The notes beneath the pieces were generated by a model. It had not been told where the DNA came from. It saw nothing but the letters and a program-made list of their open reading frames with translations, and made no database searches. A stretch of DNA of 64,000 nt from the NCBI GenBank assembly GCA_951406725.2, contig OX597835.1, forward strand, positions 14,260,001-14,324,000, in the 5' to 3' direction. How positions within the stretch are numbered: the first letter of the stretch is position 1; each line of letters starts with the position of its first letter. Position numbers and translations under genes: made by a program. Shown here piece after piece: positions 28,871 to 45,354 of this stretch. This DNA comes from Octopus vulgaris. Its lineage: Eukaryota.

Positions 28871-29679
28871 CTTAGCCAATCATATTGTCTGTTTTCATTT
28901 GAAATTATTAGCTGCATAGTGTTAATGTGACGTAGATAGCTATTTTGTGAGTGGGTAAGCAGTAAGCAAACAGCTGTGGTAGATGTGGTTATCATGGCAG
29001 TGGTGGTAGTGGTGACAGTGGATGTGTATGATGGCAGCAATTATAGTGTTGGTGTTTTTGTAGAGGTGGTGGTGGTGGCGGCAGTGGATGATGATGATAA
29101 TGATGATGATAGTAGTAGTAGTAGCATTGATTATGTTAGGATGTCTCATGGATGGTAGTGTTGGTGTGTGTGTGTGTGTTTATATATATATATATATATA
29201 TATAATGTATGCATCTATAATACACACACATTATAAATATATACACATATATGCATATGCATTAGAATATGTATGTATAGGTGTATATATATATATATAT
29301 ATATATGCATATGTTTGTATACATGTGTGTGTAGCTATTTAGGATCTACACAAATTTTATATATACTCCACGAAGTTTATGATAAGCGGAGATGTCTACA
29401 TTTTAGTTAGCTATTTACATGTTTACGTTAACTACGTCACAAAATAGCTGTTTACGTCACAGTAACAATATTTTGAGAGGCAGTAAATAATATGAGGCCG
29501 AAAGAAAGAATATCATTGGTTAAAATTCGAATTATTAAACAACGTTAAACTTAGAAATTACAATTCCGTTTTCATTTTGGTTTACAATTATGTTTTCTTT
29601 TGACACATTCTACCAGTATACGAAGTCTCAAATTGTTTAGTTAACTAGGAAAATCTGGCTTTCAAAAAGAAAAGATCCA

Positions 29680-32890
<3,211 letters not shown>

Positions 32891-33149
32891 ATTTATCATT
32901 TGTGATGAAACATATTTCATGAAATATAAGCATTAAACAAAGAAAATAAAAGAGGAAGAAAATAAAAAAATGGAAAGAATGAAAAAAAATTATATTTGTT
33001 ATTTTGATGGCATTAAAGATATTTTGTAACAAGGTTTATGAGATGAGTTTTGTTAAGCGTTGATATAGATTTTTTTTGTCTTTGTAAAACGTCTTGCAAA
33101 AACGTTTCTTTTCGTTGGTAATCGATGTGTATTGATTCAGTGATTTATC

Positions 33150-33545
33150 ACGTCTGTATTTGGAGGGTTTCATGATGTACTGACACTGTCGACATTTTGA
33201 GATTTGTTCAGAAGTTTTAGTTAATAGTGAGTAATGTCGTATCAGTATGTTGAATTTATCTGCTTGACATAGTTTACATTGATTGGATCCGTCAGTGCAG
33301 AGGGTAGCATTTTCAATGACTGATAGTCTATATTACTGTATTCGTTTTTTTCTCTTTTTCTGTTAAGGCTTCAGATATCTTTAGTTTATGACGTAGTAAT
33401 CTTGTATTCTCTATGCCGGAAAGTGAAATAGTTGTTGAATATATTGGGTTTTAAATAATTCGATTTTAACACCGATATATTTTCTGTCGATATCATCCCA
33501 TATCGTCAAGTGAAGAAACTTTAGTATAGTATATCTATGCTTTAT
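33150..33545 (-). pseudogene. Decayed GIY-YIG C-terminus of a PLE, Naiad-like
   Basis: Manual minus-strand translation: YIGVKIELFKTQY...FRHREYK...SVIENATLCTDGSNQCKLCQADKFNIL...LLTKTSEQISKCR. Confidence 0.7.
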
Positions 33546-33727
33546 GGAGACACTTTTTATTGGCGAAGTAAGACATAGTGATATTACTTGTACAGTAATG
33601 GAAGAATCAAGTTTCTTTTTATGCTTATGCCTGCACTTGCTTTTGTATGAATTCCGTAATCTTACACCTCGTATTCATCTGCAGACACACACGTACACAC
33701 GCACACGCACACACAATATACTATATA

Positions 33728-33870
33728 GGCGGCGAACTGGCAGAAACGTTAGCACACCGGGCGAAATGCTAAGCGGTATTTCGTCTGCCGCTACGTTCTG
33801 AGTTCAAATTCCGCCGATATATAATATCATATATCGGGTCGATATAAATAAGTATAGTTACGCACTGGGG
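33728..33870 (+). mobile_element. SINE family B 5' fragment
   Basis: GGCGGCGAACTGGCAGAAACGTTAGCAC...GAGTTCAAATTCCGCCGA head shared with 34909, 42427 and 45772. Confidence 0.8.
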
Positions 33871-34908
33871 TATATATATATATAATTTTATACACATCTA
33901 TATATATATATATATATTTATACACATCTATAGTATATATATATATATTTATACACATCTATATATATATATATATATATATACACATCTATATATATAT
34001 ATATATATATATATATCTATATATGTACATATGCATACATGTGTGTGAGTGTGTGTATGTGTGTTAGTGTGTGTATGTGTGTTAGTGTGTGTGTGTGTAT
34101 GTGTACAGTTTTCTGGAGACACTGTTTGATAAATAGTAGCTTAAACAAAACGCTAAATGCTCATGTTCCTTTGAGTTTCCCATTAATAAAGCGAGCGATA
34201 GTGGTACGTTTCTTTAATACGATGTTAACCATTGGTTTTGCTTTGGTGTTAACAGATACATTGCAAGCGCCTATTCTGATAAGAGCCTTAATCATATAAA
34301 TATCTACCCTATAATTTAACGCTTGCCCATCTTTATAAATCTACACCTCGTTTACGGTGCTCCTCAGTTCTTTGCTTGTCCAAAGCATTTTCACGAGTTT
34401 CTCCTAAACTTCCATGCTTGTTTTCAGACTTTTCATTATTACTCCTTGTTTCGTATGTTTCGAGTAATATAATGCTTACCTTTCTTAAGTCCCAACTTAC
34501 TCTGGTAGTTGGGAATATGTATCATCATATATTACTCCGAAGATTGGATTACACGAAAGAAGATAAGATAAATAGAATGGATGAAAACAATACCGACTCT
34601 CTTAGCCACAACTTTGTCTAAAAATCACATTTTTAGACAATCCTACCGTCTTTTAGAGAGTTGTGGTGGCGCTTACTTTGTGAACAAAACGAAATGCACA
34701 ACGAAGATTGTCAAAAAAATAGTTGGCTTTTTATATTTAACTTAAATGAGAATATGGAAAGCAGGCTCTTGTAATTATAATGAAATAATTTACAGTATAG
34801 AGTATAGCAGAAAATTGTTCCTTAGCTTGTAGTGCTGTAAGTTGTACCTATATACTTCTTTTTGTTATATCATATTTAGAAGGTGTATTCTACCAAGTAA
34901 TATGACCT

Positions 34909-35140
34909 GGCGATGAGCTGGCAGAAACGTTAGCAACCCGGGCGAAATGCGTAGCCGTATTTCGTCTGCCGTTACGTTCTGATTTCAAATTCCGCCGAGG
35001 TCGACTTTGCCTTTCATCCTTTCGGGGTCGATAAATTAAGTACCAGTTACGCATTGGGTCGATGTAATCGACTTAATCCGTCTGTCTGTCCTTGTCTGTC
35101 CCCTCTATGTTTAGCTCATTGTGGGTAATAAAGAAACAGA
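34909..35140 (+). mobile_element. SINE family B copy
   Basis: Head with A/B-box-like motifs plus body GCCTTTCATCCTTTCGGGGTCGATAA...GTACCAG. Confidence 0.85.
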
Positions 35141-36020
35141 TATTTACACGAAGACAAAATTTTCACTGATGTCCCAAAGAACTCTGAGATAACGAAACAC
35201 AGTTTTAATTAAGTATATGTTGTAGCCATACGTATTGTGGAGTTTACTATTAGATAGAAAGAAAGGAAAATTCAGATTTGATTCAAATATTCGCTCCTGA
35301 AACATAGTCTGCTGTTTTATCCCGTTCCAACCACTAATCTAAAGAATTACCCTGAAGAATGGGTCGCACAGCGCTATAGGAGATAACCATAGAACACTTT
35401 AAAGAGCTAGTCACTTAAAAATGCCCTGTTTTACAATTCCAGTACCATTAACCTTACAATAATTAACTCTGTGAGGTTAATGAACATATGTAATTAATTA
35501 AAATTGATTAATCATTGAAACTGGTAATTTAAGAAAAAACTGTCAGAAAAAAAAAAGAAAAAAATTTCTGCGAAAATAATGAATAAACAAATAGCTTTTT
35601 TAAGCTGATATGATAGAAATATTGTTAATATATTTGACATTAGAATAAATTAAGATTTGGTTTAATTTAATAATAATGCATCTTCAGAGATTTTATTGAT
35701 TTCAACTAATTTGTAGAGTGTGAGGAGATATTGCAATGACAAATCTAATATAAGATGAAAGGAAGGACGATAAATTAAATATGACAGTCCAATCATTATG
35801 TTGGTTTCTTTCATTAAATAATATCTTAATTATTGCGGAAACGGAGAGAGAGAAAAAGAGAGAGGAGAACTGTGACTTTCTGACTTAGTTAAATCTTTCC
35901 ATGGAAAGTGTGAATAAATAAGAGCAATTATCTCATAATTATTTTTAAAAAAACGATTAGAGAATAAATTGCCAATAGAAACCGCCAAAGAGACGCTGCT
36001 TCTGAACAGTTCTAGGACAG

Positions 36021-36846
<826 letters not shown>

Positions 36847-37179
36847 TTTGCCACCATGGGTAATATAAGGAAATACGGCATACTTACAATAGTTAGGATT
36901 AAAATTTTGCTAAATTTCTTCGAACTTATACAAAATGATGAAGTAAATACGAAATAAATACTACTTTTCAAAAGAAAAAAAAATATTTGTTACATTAAAA
37001 TAAAATTAAATATAACAATATTAAAAAAAAATTTTAAATTAGTCTCCGAAACACACATACACACTTTCTCTTTCTCTTTCTCTCTTTCCCACTTTCTCTC
37101 TCTTTCTCTTTTTCTCTGTCTCTTTCTCTCTCTCTGCCCCTCCTCTTCTCTTTCTCTCTACACACATATATACTCTTGT

Positions 37180-37552
37180 CTACTCTAGGCACAAGGCACG
37201 AAATTTTAGGGCAGGGGGCCAGTCGGTTACATCGATCACAGTGCGCAACTGGTACTTAATTTATCGATCCCGAAAGGATGAATGGCAAAGTCGACCTCGA
37301 TGGAATTTGAATCAGACAAAACACCTATTTCTTTACTACCCACAAGGGGCTAAACGTAGAGTGGTCAAACAAGGACATACAAAGGGATTAAGTCGATTAC
37401 ATCGATCCCAGTACGTAACTGGTACTTAATTTATCGACCCCGAAAGGATGAAAGTTAAAGTCGACGCCGGCGGAATTTGAACTCAGAACGTAGTAGCAGG
37501 CGAAATACCGCTAAGCATTACGCCCGACGTGCTAACGTTTCTGCCAGCTCCC
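37180..37552 (-). mobile_element. SINE family B with internal partial duplication
   Basis: Reverse complement of the 34909 copy; the body motif is present twice. Confidence 0.8.
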
Positions 37553-37554
37553 CG

Positions 37555-37588
<34 letters not shown>

Positions 37589-37754
37589 CACCCCTCATCC
37601 TCACTGAATGTGTGGGTAGTTTTCATTTACTCATTGCCTTCCACAATACCAAGCTTTTGCACTGATTCTGGACCTCTTGTGTTAACTCTCTTTGTATGTC
37701 TCTTCTACTCTCTCTCTCTCTTCTCTTTTAATAATAATAATAATAATAATAATA

Positions 37755-37816
<62 letters not shown>

Positions 37817-37907
37817 AATAATAATAACAATAATAATGATAATAATAATAATAATAATGTCGAAAAATACCTTAGGAATGAGAACCCAGGTTCAAAACTT
37901 CTCCGAG

Positions 37908-37951
37908 ACACCTGATGAAGGCTGGAGGGTATATCAGCCGAAACGTTGTGT
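37908..37951 (+). ncRNA. Minimal type I hammerhead ribozyme with canonical core, in a probable solo PLE terminal repeat (about 37858-38006)
   Basis: ACAC-CTGATGA-A-GGCTG gagggtatat CAGCC-GAAA-CG-TT-GTGT. Confidence 0.85.
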
Positions 37952-38264
37952 AAACAACAAGCATGATAAGGGCAAATATCAGTCAAATGTAAATAAGGTA
38001 AATAATGAACATTATTCTAGCTCTACTTTAGAGCATTGAGCACTCTGTTATTCTGATGCAAACACTCAAAACATAACCACGCTAACATCACCACGACGAT
38101 AATTTACACAGTATTATCTACCCCAGTGTTTCTCAACCGAAATCCGTATAACACCTAAGAGTCCGTATAAGATTATTTAAGTTGAGACCCGCAGTCATGT
38201 ATATCAAGGGTCCATGAAAACATTTTACTTTAAACGTATTTATTTTAAGAAACAGCCAGACGTT

Positions 38265-38674
38265 GCGCAGGAGTGGCTGTGTGGTAAGTAGCTTGCTAAC
38301 CAGCCACATGGTTCCGGGTTCAGTCCCACTGCGTGGCATCTTGGGCAAGTGTCTTCTGCTATAGCCCCGGGCCGGCCAATGCCTTGTGAGTGGATTTTGG
38401 TTGACGGAAACTGAAAGAAGCCTGTCGTATATATGTATACATATGTGTGTGTGTTTGTGTGTCTGTGTTTGACCCCCTAGCATTGCTTGACAACCGATGC
38501 TGGTGTGTTTACGTCCCCGTCACCTAGCGGTTCGGCAAAAGAGAACGATAGAATAAGTACTGGGCTTACAAAGAATAAGTCCCGGGGTCGATTTGCTCGA
38601 CTAAAAAAAGGCGGTGCTCCAGCATGGCCGCAGTCAAATGACTGAAACAAGTAAAAGAGTAAAAGAGTAAAGAG
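38265..38674 (+). mobile_element. SINE family A, full length
   Basis: tRNA-like head, body, 3' stem-loop and (GTAAAAGA)n tail. Confidence 0.92.
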
Positions 38675-38771
38675 ACACGTATTTCTCTTACGTTTTACAT
38701 ATCTCAATCTAGACGAGTTAGTAGTGCGTGAAAAGCAAAAATGGGAATTTTGAAGTAAGTATACTATCTTT

Positions 38772-38988
38772 TTACTATTTTTTACTTGTTTCAGCCATTT
38801 GACTGCAGCCATGCTGGAGCACCGCCTTTTGTCGAGCAACTCGACCCCGGGACTTATTCTTTTTGTAAGCCCAGTACTTATTCTATCGGTCTCTTTTGCC
38901 GAACCGCTAAGTGACGGGGGCGTAAACACACCAGCATCGGTTGTCAAGCAATGTTAGGGGGACAAACACAGACACACAAACACACACA

Positions 38989-39057
<69 letters not shown>

Positions 39058-39219
39058 GACAGGCTTCTTTCAGTTTCCGTCTACCAAATCCACTCACAAA
39101 GCTTTGGTCGGCCCGGGGCTATAGCAGAAGACACTTGCCCAAGATGCCACGCAGTGGGACTGAACCCGGAACCACGTGGTTGGTTAGCAAGCTACTTACC
39201 ACACAGCCACTCCTGCGCC
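38772..39219 (-). mobile_element. SINE family A, full length, inverted relative to 38265
   Basis: Reverse complement of the adjacent copy. Confidence 0.92.
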
Positions 39220-39509
39220 TATATATATATAAAGTATATATAAAATTGGTTTGTAGGACATCGAATGGCTTTGGGGGTCCACGAGAACAGAACAGCAATC
39301 AGAGGAGACCACAGGGAGGAAATGGTTGAGAACCATTGAACTATACCATTACGACGACCACCAGCCAAAGCATTATTCTCTATCTTCTAAAGCCATAACC
39401 ACAACATTCGCCATTCCAATTTTCAGCCATTACTATCACCAGCTCAAATATTTCCAATAAACATTACAACTTCTTCCATCGACTTTACTAGAACATCTCT
39501 TACCACAAA

Positions 39510-39906
39510 TCTTTATATATAAAAGAAGTTGTGTGTCTGTCTCCTACGATTTAGATTCCTAACTACTCCCACATTTTGCGGTGCAGTTTAACCAAAAGCG
39601 GGTATCTTATAGTCGTGATTCATATCGAGCCCTTCTGGGTATTAGTGCGCGTCTACGATGAGTCTACGATTTAAAGAAAAATTTACCATAATTTTTTCGT
39701 ATTTTTAATGCATTTTCGCTCGGTTTATATAAGGGAAGTAACTCTCTAAAAATGTATTATTAAATCTCAGAACGTAAAAAGCTACAGTAACACCCCCCCC
39801 CTTTGTGGTTAGCCATATTGAGATGGCTATTATACTTTACATCTCTAAAAATGGTTATATAGTTATTTCCCTTACAAACCCGAGCAATGCCGGATGATAC
39901 TGCTAG
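39510..39906 (+). mobile_element. Complete short non-autonomous Helitron
   Basis: A|TC...CTAG|T insertion with no TSD; matches 26109-26503. Confidence 0.9.
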
Positions 39907-40184
39907 TGGTTTATAGAACAGAAACCGATACAAATGTCTGCTGAATAATCATGTGCGTATGATTAAGTTAAGGGCTTTTAAAGAAGATTTTTTTTTTTTT
40001 CAAATAATTTCCTTTGCAAGTGAACTGCGTGCCGAATCTTTCTGAAGTTGTCACGCATTGCGAGTGTGAATCGAGCTGTTAATTAAATTGGTTCATCTAT
40101 ATGACCGTTGGCAAGGTTTTAGCTATCATCGCATGCTTTTCAATCTAATTCTCTTATTTACACGCGTATATCTGTACAGGTGAA

Positions 40185-40520
40185 GGCGCATGGCACAGTG
40201 GTAAGAGCGTCGAGCTTACGATCGTGAGGTTGTGAGTTCGAATCCCGGACCGGGCTGCGCGTTGTGTTCTTGAGCAAGACACTTTATTTCACGTTGCTCC
40301 AGTTCACTCAGCTTTAGAAATGAGTTGCGACGTCACATGTGCCAAGCCGTATCGGCCCCTTTGCCTTTCCCTTGAATAACACTGGTGGCGCAGAGAGAGG
40401 AGGGCAGTATGCATGGACGATTGCTGGTCTTCCATAAACATCATTGCCTGGACTTGTACCTTGGAGGGTAACTTTCTAGGTGCAATCCCATGGTCAGTCA
40501 CGACCAAAGGGGGTCTCAGC
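40185..40520 (+). mobile_element. tRNA-derived SINE family C
   Basis: A box TGGCACAGTGG and B box GAGTTCGAATCCC, then TGTGTTCTTGAGCAAGACACTTTATTTCACGTTG, also seen at about 52065-52100. Confidence 0.8.
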
Positions 40521-40578
40521 ATCTGTACGCAGACACACATATATGTATGTATATATATATATGTATGTAAATATATAT

Positions 40579-40740
40579 AGGCGTAGGAGTGGGTGCGTGG
40601 TAAGTTGCTTGCTTCCCAACCACATGGTTCCAGGTTCAATCCCACTGCGTGGCACTTTGGGCAAGTGTCTTCTGCTATAGCCTCGGACCAATCAAAGCCC
40701 TGTGAGTGGATTTGGTAGACGGAAACTGAAAGAAGCCCGT

Positions 40741-40741
<1 letters not shown>
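40579..40741 (+). mobile_element. SINE family A 5' half
   Basis: Head matches the 60730 copy and ends at the internal (TA)n. Confidence 0.85.
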
Positions 40742-40792
<51 letters not shown>

Positions 40793-41111
40793 CACTTAAG
40801 GTGGTTTTAGGGTCAGATCCTGGCTGCTATTTTCAGCATGGCGGTATCTCGCAGTTATAATTTCAATAATAATTATTACCTTTGAAGGTTTTTATTCTCA
40901 TGTTGGCCACTTGATAAGATCGTTATTTAATTTAAATTAACGATCTTATCCTTATTTATATAAATTTAAATTTATTTCGTCATTGTATTTACTGCGGTGA
41001 TGTTTTAGCCATATCTCACATGGAATTAAGAAGCGGGCATTTTACAATGGTCATGTTGCATACGTGCATATATATGTATATATACGTTCGTATATGTAAG
41101 TATTCGTATGT

Positions 41112-41174
<63 letters not shown>

Positions 41175-41202
41175 GTATGTATTTATGTTTCTCTCTGCGT
41201 AT

Positions 41203-41261
41203 ATTCCACTGATGAGGCAAAGTATTTCTAAATGCAAAGCCAGAAATCCGGGATCTGGAAT
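41203..41261 (+). ncRNA. Type I hammerhead ribozyme candidate
   Basis: ATTCCA-CTGATGA-GGC...GCC-A-GAAA-TCC g GGA-TC-TGGAAT: 6-bp helix I, AUC cleavage triplet, one extra A before GAAA. Confidence 0.7.
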
Positions 41262-41287
41262 TATCCAGTAATTATTATCAAAACTTT

Positions 41288-41966
41288 GCAGGCACGGAAG
41301 TGCCATCAGCTGGGCCTTCCCGAGGTGCGCCCAGAACGATGAAACCGTTCTGCACGCTCTAGTTCAGTGCCCGAGTATTGCTGACCTGTGAGTTGATGTC
41401 GAACACCTGCTATCACGTGTGGGACGGATCCGGCTATCTGCTGAATCCATTGTGAAAACTGCCCCGCCGGCCTCTTTTGGCCGGGAGGGGAAGGCAATTT
41501 TTATTTGTCTAGTGGCTACAGCGAAAGAGGTATTATGGTGGACCCGTTTGAAAGGGCTAAAGACAGACATTTTCCTCTTTGGCTAAGCCCTCATCAACTT
41601 TTTCAAGTTTCACTTGAAAAGGAAGTTGAGAGTAGAGAGGGAAGTGTCGCCTTGTAGCAAGTTTGTTGAAAGGTGGGTGAATGTTGGAAGAATGGTCAGT
41701 GTGAAAGGACCAATTCTGAGCGTGCACCTGTAAAAAACAAAAGAAGTGTTTTTGCCCTGTTGTTCAGGCACCCATGGCTTTTGTGGGTTTTTCCACGAGG
41801 ACCTTAAAGCGCCTCCTCTATTGGGAGTTTTAGTTTGTTAAATTTTTATGGTTATTATATTGTGTATACGCGGTGAAACCCATGGTATCGTCCTGTTTTT
41901 GTCTTTAATGTTGTTACGTCTTTTAATGTTTTTTTTTATGAGAGCCCTTGTGGCCAATAAAAGAAT
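41288..41966 (+). mobile_element. 3' fragment of an L1/Tx1-like retrotransposon (ORF2 C-terminal zinc knuckle, stop at 41731-41733, 3'UTR)
   Basis: Manual translation FPRCAQNDETVLHALVQCP...AKEVLWWTR...FVERW with two internal stops; T-rich 3'UTR and AATAAA at about 41955. Confidence 0.8.
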
Positions 41967-42195
41967 AGATTATCATCATAATCATCATCATCATCATCAT
42001 TATTATTAGGGTACGACTGTTATCCACAAGTTCAAAATAAACATCTCAATCTACATCGTTTTGGTAATATTTAAAGGATTGCTTATTATGAACTTGTGGA
42101 AGAGACACAAAGTGTCAAAATATTGTTCATTCGATAACAGTTTCACTCTTCTTATTGCTTCTTTACTTTCTGGAGGAATAACATCAATCCTTAAA

Positions 42196-42250
<55 letters not shown>

Positions 42251-42426
42251 GCGTGATAGAGCAGTGAATGCCATCAAACTAACAGTGGGGTAAAATATAC
42301 GAAGCCCATTATCCCCATCATGACTACTCGTCTGATAAGGGGACACCAGGCACAAGCATCACGGCCATACGTGAGCAACAAAGGGATATCATCACGATAA
42401 ACAGCGCATGACTTTAATATTATTAG

Positions 42427-43340
42427 GGTGGCGTGCTGGCAGAATCGTTAGCACGTCGGACAGCATTTCGTCCGTCTTTACGTTCTGAGTTCAAATTCCG
42501 CTGAGGTTGACTTTGCCTTTCATCCTTTCGGGGTCGATAAGATAAGTACCAGTTACGCACTGGTGTCGATATAATCGATTTAATCCGTTTGTCTGTCCTT
42601 GTTTGTCCCCTGTGTGTGTAGCCCCTTGTGGGTAGTAAAGAAACAAGTATTTCGTCTGCCGTTACGTTCTGAGTTCAAATTTCGCTGAGTTCGATTTTGC
42701 CTTTCATCCTTTCGGGGTCGGTAAGATAAGTACCAGTTACGCACTGGTGTCGATATAATCGACTTAATCCGTCTGTCTGTCCTTGTTTGTCCCCTGTGTG
42801 TGTAGCCCCTTGTGGGCTGTAAAGAAATAGGTATTTCGTCTGTCGTTACGTTCTGAGTTCAAATTCCGCTGAGGTCGACTTCGCCTTTCATCCTTTCGGG
42901 GTCTATAAGATAAGTACCAGTTACGCACTGGTGTCGATATAATAGACTTAATTCGTTTGTCTGTCCTTGTTTGTCCCCTGTGTGTGTAGCCCCATGTGGG
43001 TAGTAAAGAAACAGGTATTTCGTCTGCCGTTACGTTCTGAGTTCAAATTCCGCTGAGGTCGACTTTGCCTTTCATCCTTTCGGGGTCGATAAGATAAGTA
43101 CCAGTTGAGCACTGAGGTCGATATAATAGACTTAATCCGTTTCTCTGTCCTTGTTTGTCCCCTGTGTGTGTAGCCCCTTGTGGGCTGTAAAGAAATAGGT
43201 ATTTCGTCTGCCGTTACGTTCTGAGTTCAAATTCCGCTGAGGTCGACTTTGCCTTTCATCCTTTCGGGGTCGATAAGATAAGTACCAGTTGAGCACTGGG
43301 GGTCGATATAATAGACTAGCTTCCACCCCTGAAAGTGCCA
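42427..43340 (+). mobile_element. SINE family B with its body amplified in tandem (184-bp unit, about 4.6 copies)
   Basis: CGTTCTGAGTTCAAATT recurs at 42481, 42665, 42849, 43033 and 43217. Confidence 0.92.
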
Positions 43341-44424
43341 AGAAATTATTAGTTGTTTTTTTTTCTTTTACTTTCGTTGAATTGTGGAAAATTGTATTTT
43401 TCCAAGGATTTTCATAGAAGTCAGTTTTATGTTATTAAGGAAAAACAGCAAAATATAAAATTAAAATAAAAAGAAAGAATTCTGTTGACGAATTTATTTA
43501 GTTTTTGTTGCTGTTAGATATGGACATCATCATCTGCAGTTGCGTTGGTTATTAACACATTCTGGTTTTCTGGAATAGAAGAAAATGGATTTATATTTTT
43601 ATGCTTCTGCTGTGTAGCCCTGTTTTACAAGGCAAATGTTTTTTTTATTTAATGTGGTTTTCGTTAATGCAAAAAAAAAACAACAAACAAAAAAAACCCC
43701 AGTTTTCTTTCAAATTTATTCGAACATTCCGATGTCATTGGTTTGGTTACATTCGTAATGGCGACCAATCAGCAAAAGCAATGACTATGAAAAAGAAAAA
43801 AAGAAAAAAAAGAAATAAAAGAGCGAAAAGAAAAAAAAATATTCTGTGCATGTAGAACAAAAATATATATAAAAAAAAAGACCATTAACGTTCCTGATTT
43901 TCAATAGTAGACGCATGATTTACGAAAAGAAGACCTGGTGCTTTTAGAAAAAAAATGGTTTATTAAATGATTCTGTGAATTTGCTAGGTGACAACAGCGA
44001 TAATAAATAAATATAAAATAAAAAAAAATGATGAAAAATAAAAGGATCTTTAATCGATTTTGGTAATGAGTATTCAGCTGGTCGATACTGAACTATTTGG
44101 TCATTAATTTAGTACGTCAGTATTCCGCACACACATGTACCCTTAATGTAGTCTCACAGGTAGAATCAACGAAACAGCATGTGACAAGGCTGCATCTGAA
44201 TTACAGGTATGATTTATCAGACAGGCTTCAGTATAGTTTCCTTTTACCCAGTATTCCTCATAAGGCTTGGGTTTACCTGGTGCTTTCACACAAGACACTA
44301 AGGGTCACTAAGGGCCTGAGTCCTCGTAACCACAAAACGAACATCTTCATTCTCTGGCCATGCTATAGCCACAAAATAACGATAACATTGGCATTGACCT
44401 AGACAGAAATAGTGGCTACAAATT

Positions 44425-44625
44425 TTGACACAAGGCAGCAATTTCGGGAAAGGAGGTAAATCAATTACATGGATTCCAGTACATGACTGGTACTCATTTT
44501 ATCGACCTGGAAAGGATGAAAGGCAAAGTCAACCTCGGCAGAATTTGAACTCAGAACATGAAGACGGACGAAATGCCGTTAAGCATTTTCCCCGGCGTGC
44601 TAACGATTCTGCCAGCTCCGCGCCT
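44425..44625 (-). mobile_element. SINE family B copy
   Basis: Reverse complement of the family B head and body. Confidence 0.8.
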
Positions 44626-45080
<455 letters not shown>

Positions 45081-45354
45081 AACTATGTATCAGGACGAGG
45101 AGGGGAGAGCTGACAAAAGATAGACTTGCAGATTTAGTTTTTGTCCTCTTAGACACTAATATCAAATCGTACCAGGGTCAACTGACTTTCATGCTTTTAG
45201 AGTGGGGTGTACTATTGCTTGGTATCTTGTGGATTGTTCCAATAAATTTTACACTAAAAACGAACTTAAACAATTTTGTGAATCGGTTAATTTATGCTAC
45301 AAACCCAGAAAAATGTTTATAAAAAGAATAAAAAGTGATAAAAATAGGAGGATG

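Noticed and set aside
40185-40260. tRNA gene candidates at SINE heads (also 61527-61600)
   Set aside because: A/B boxes are present but they run into repeat bodies without a proper acceptor stem or oligo-T terminator, so they are treated as SINEs
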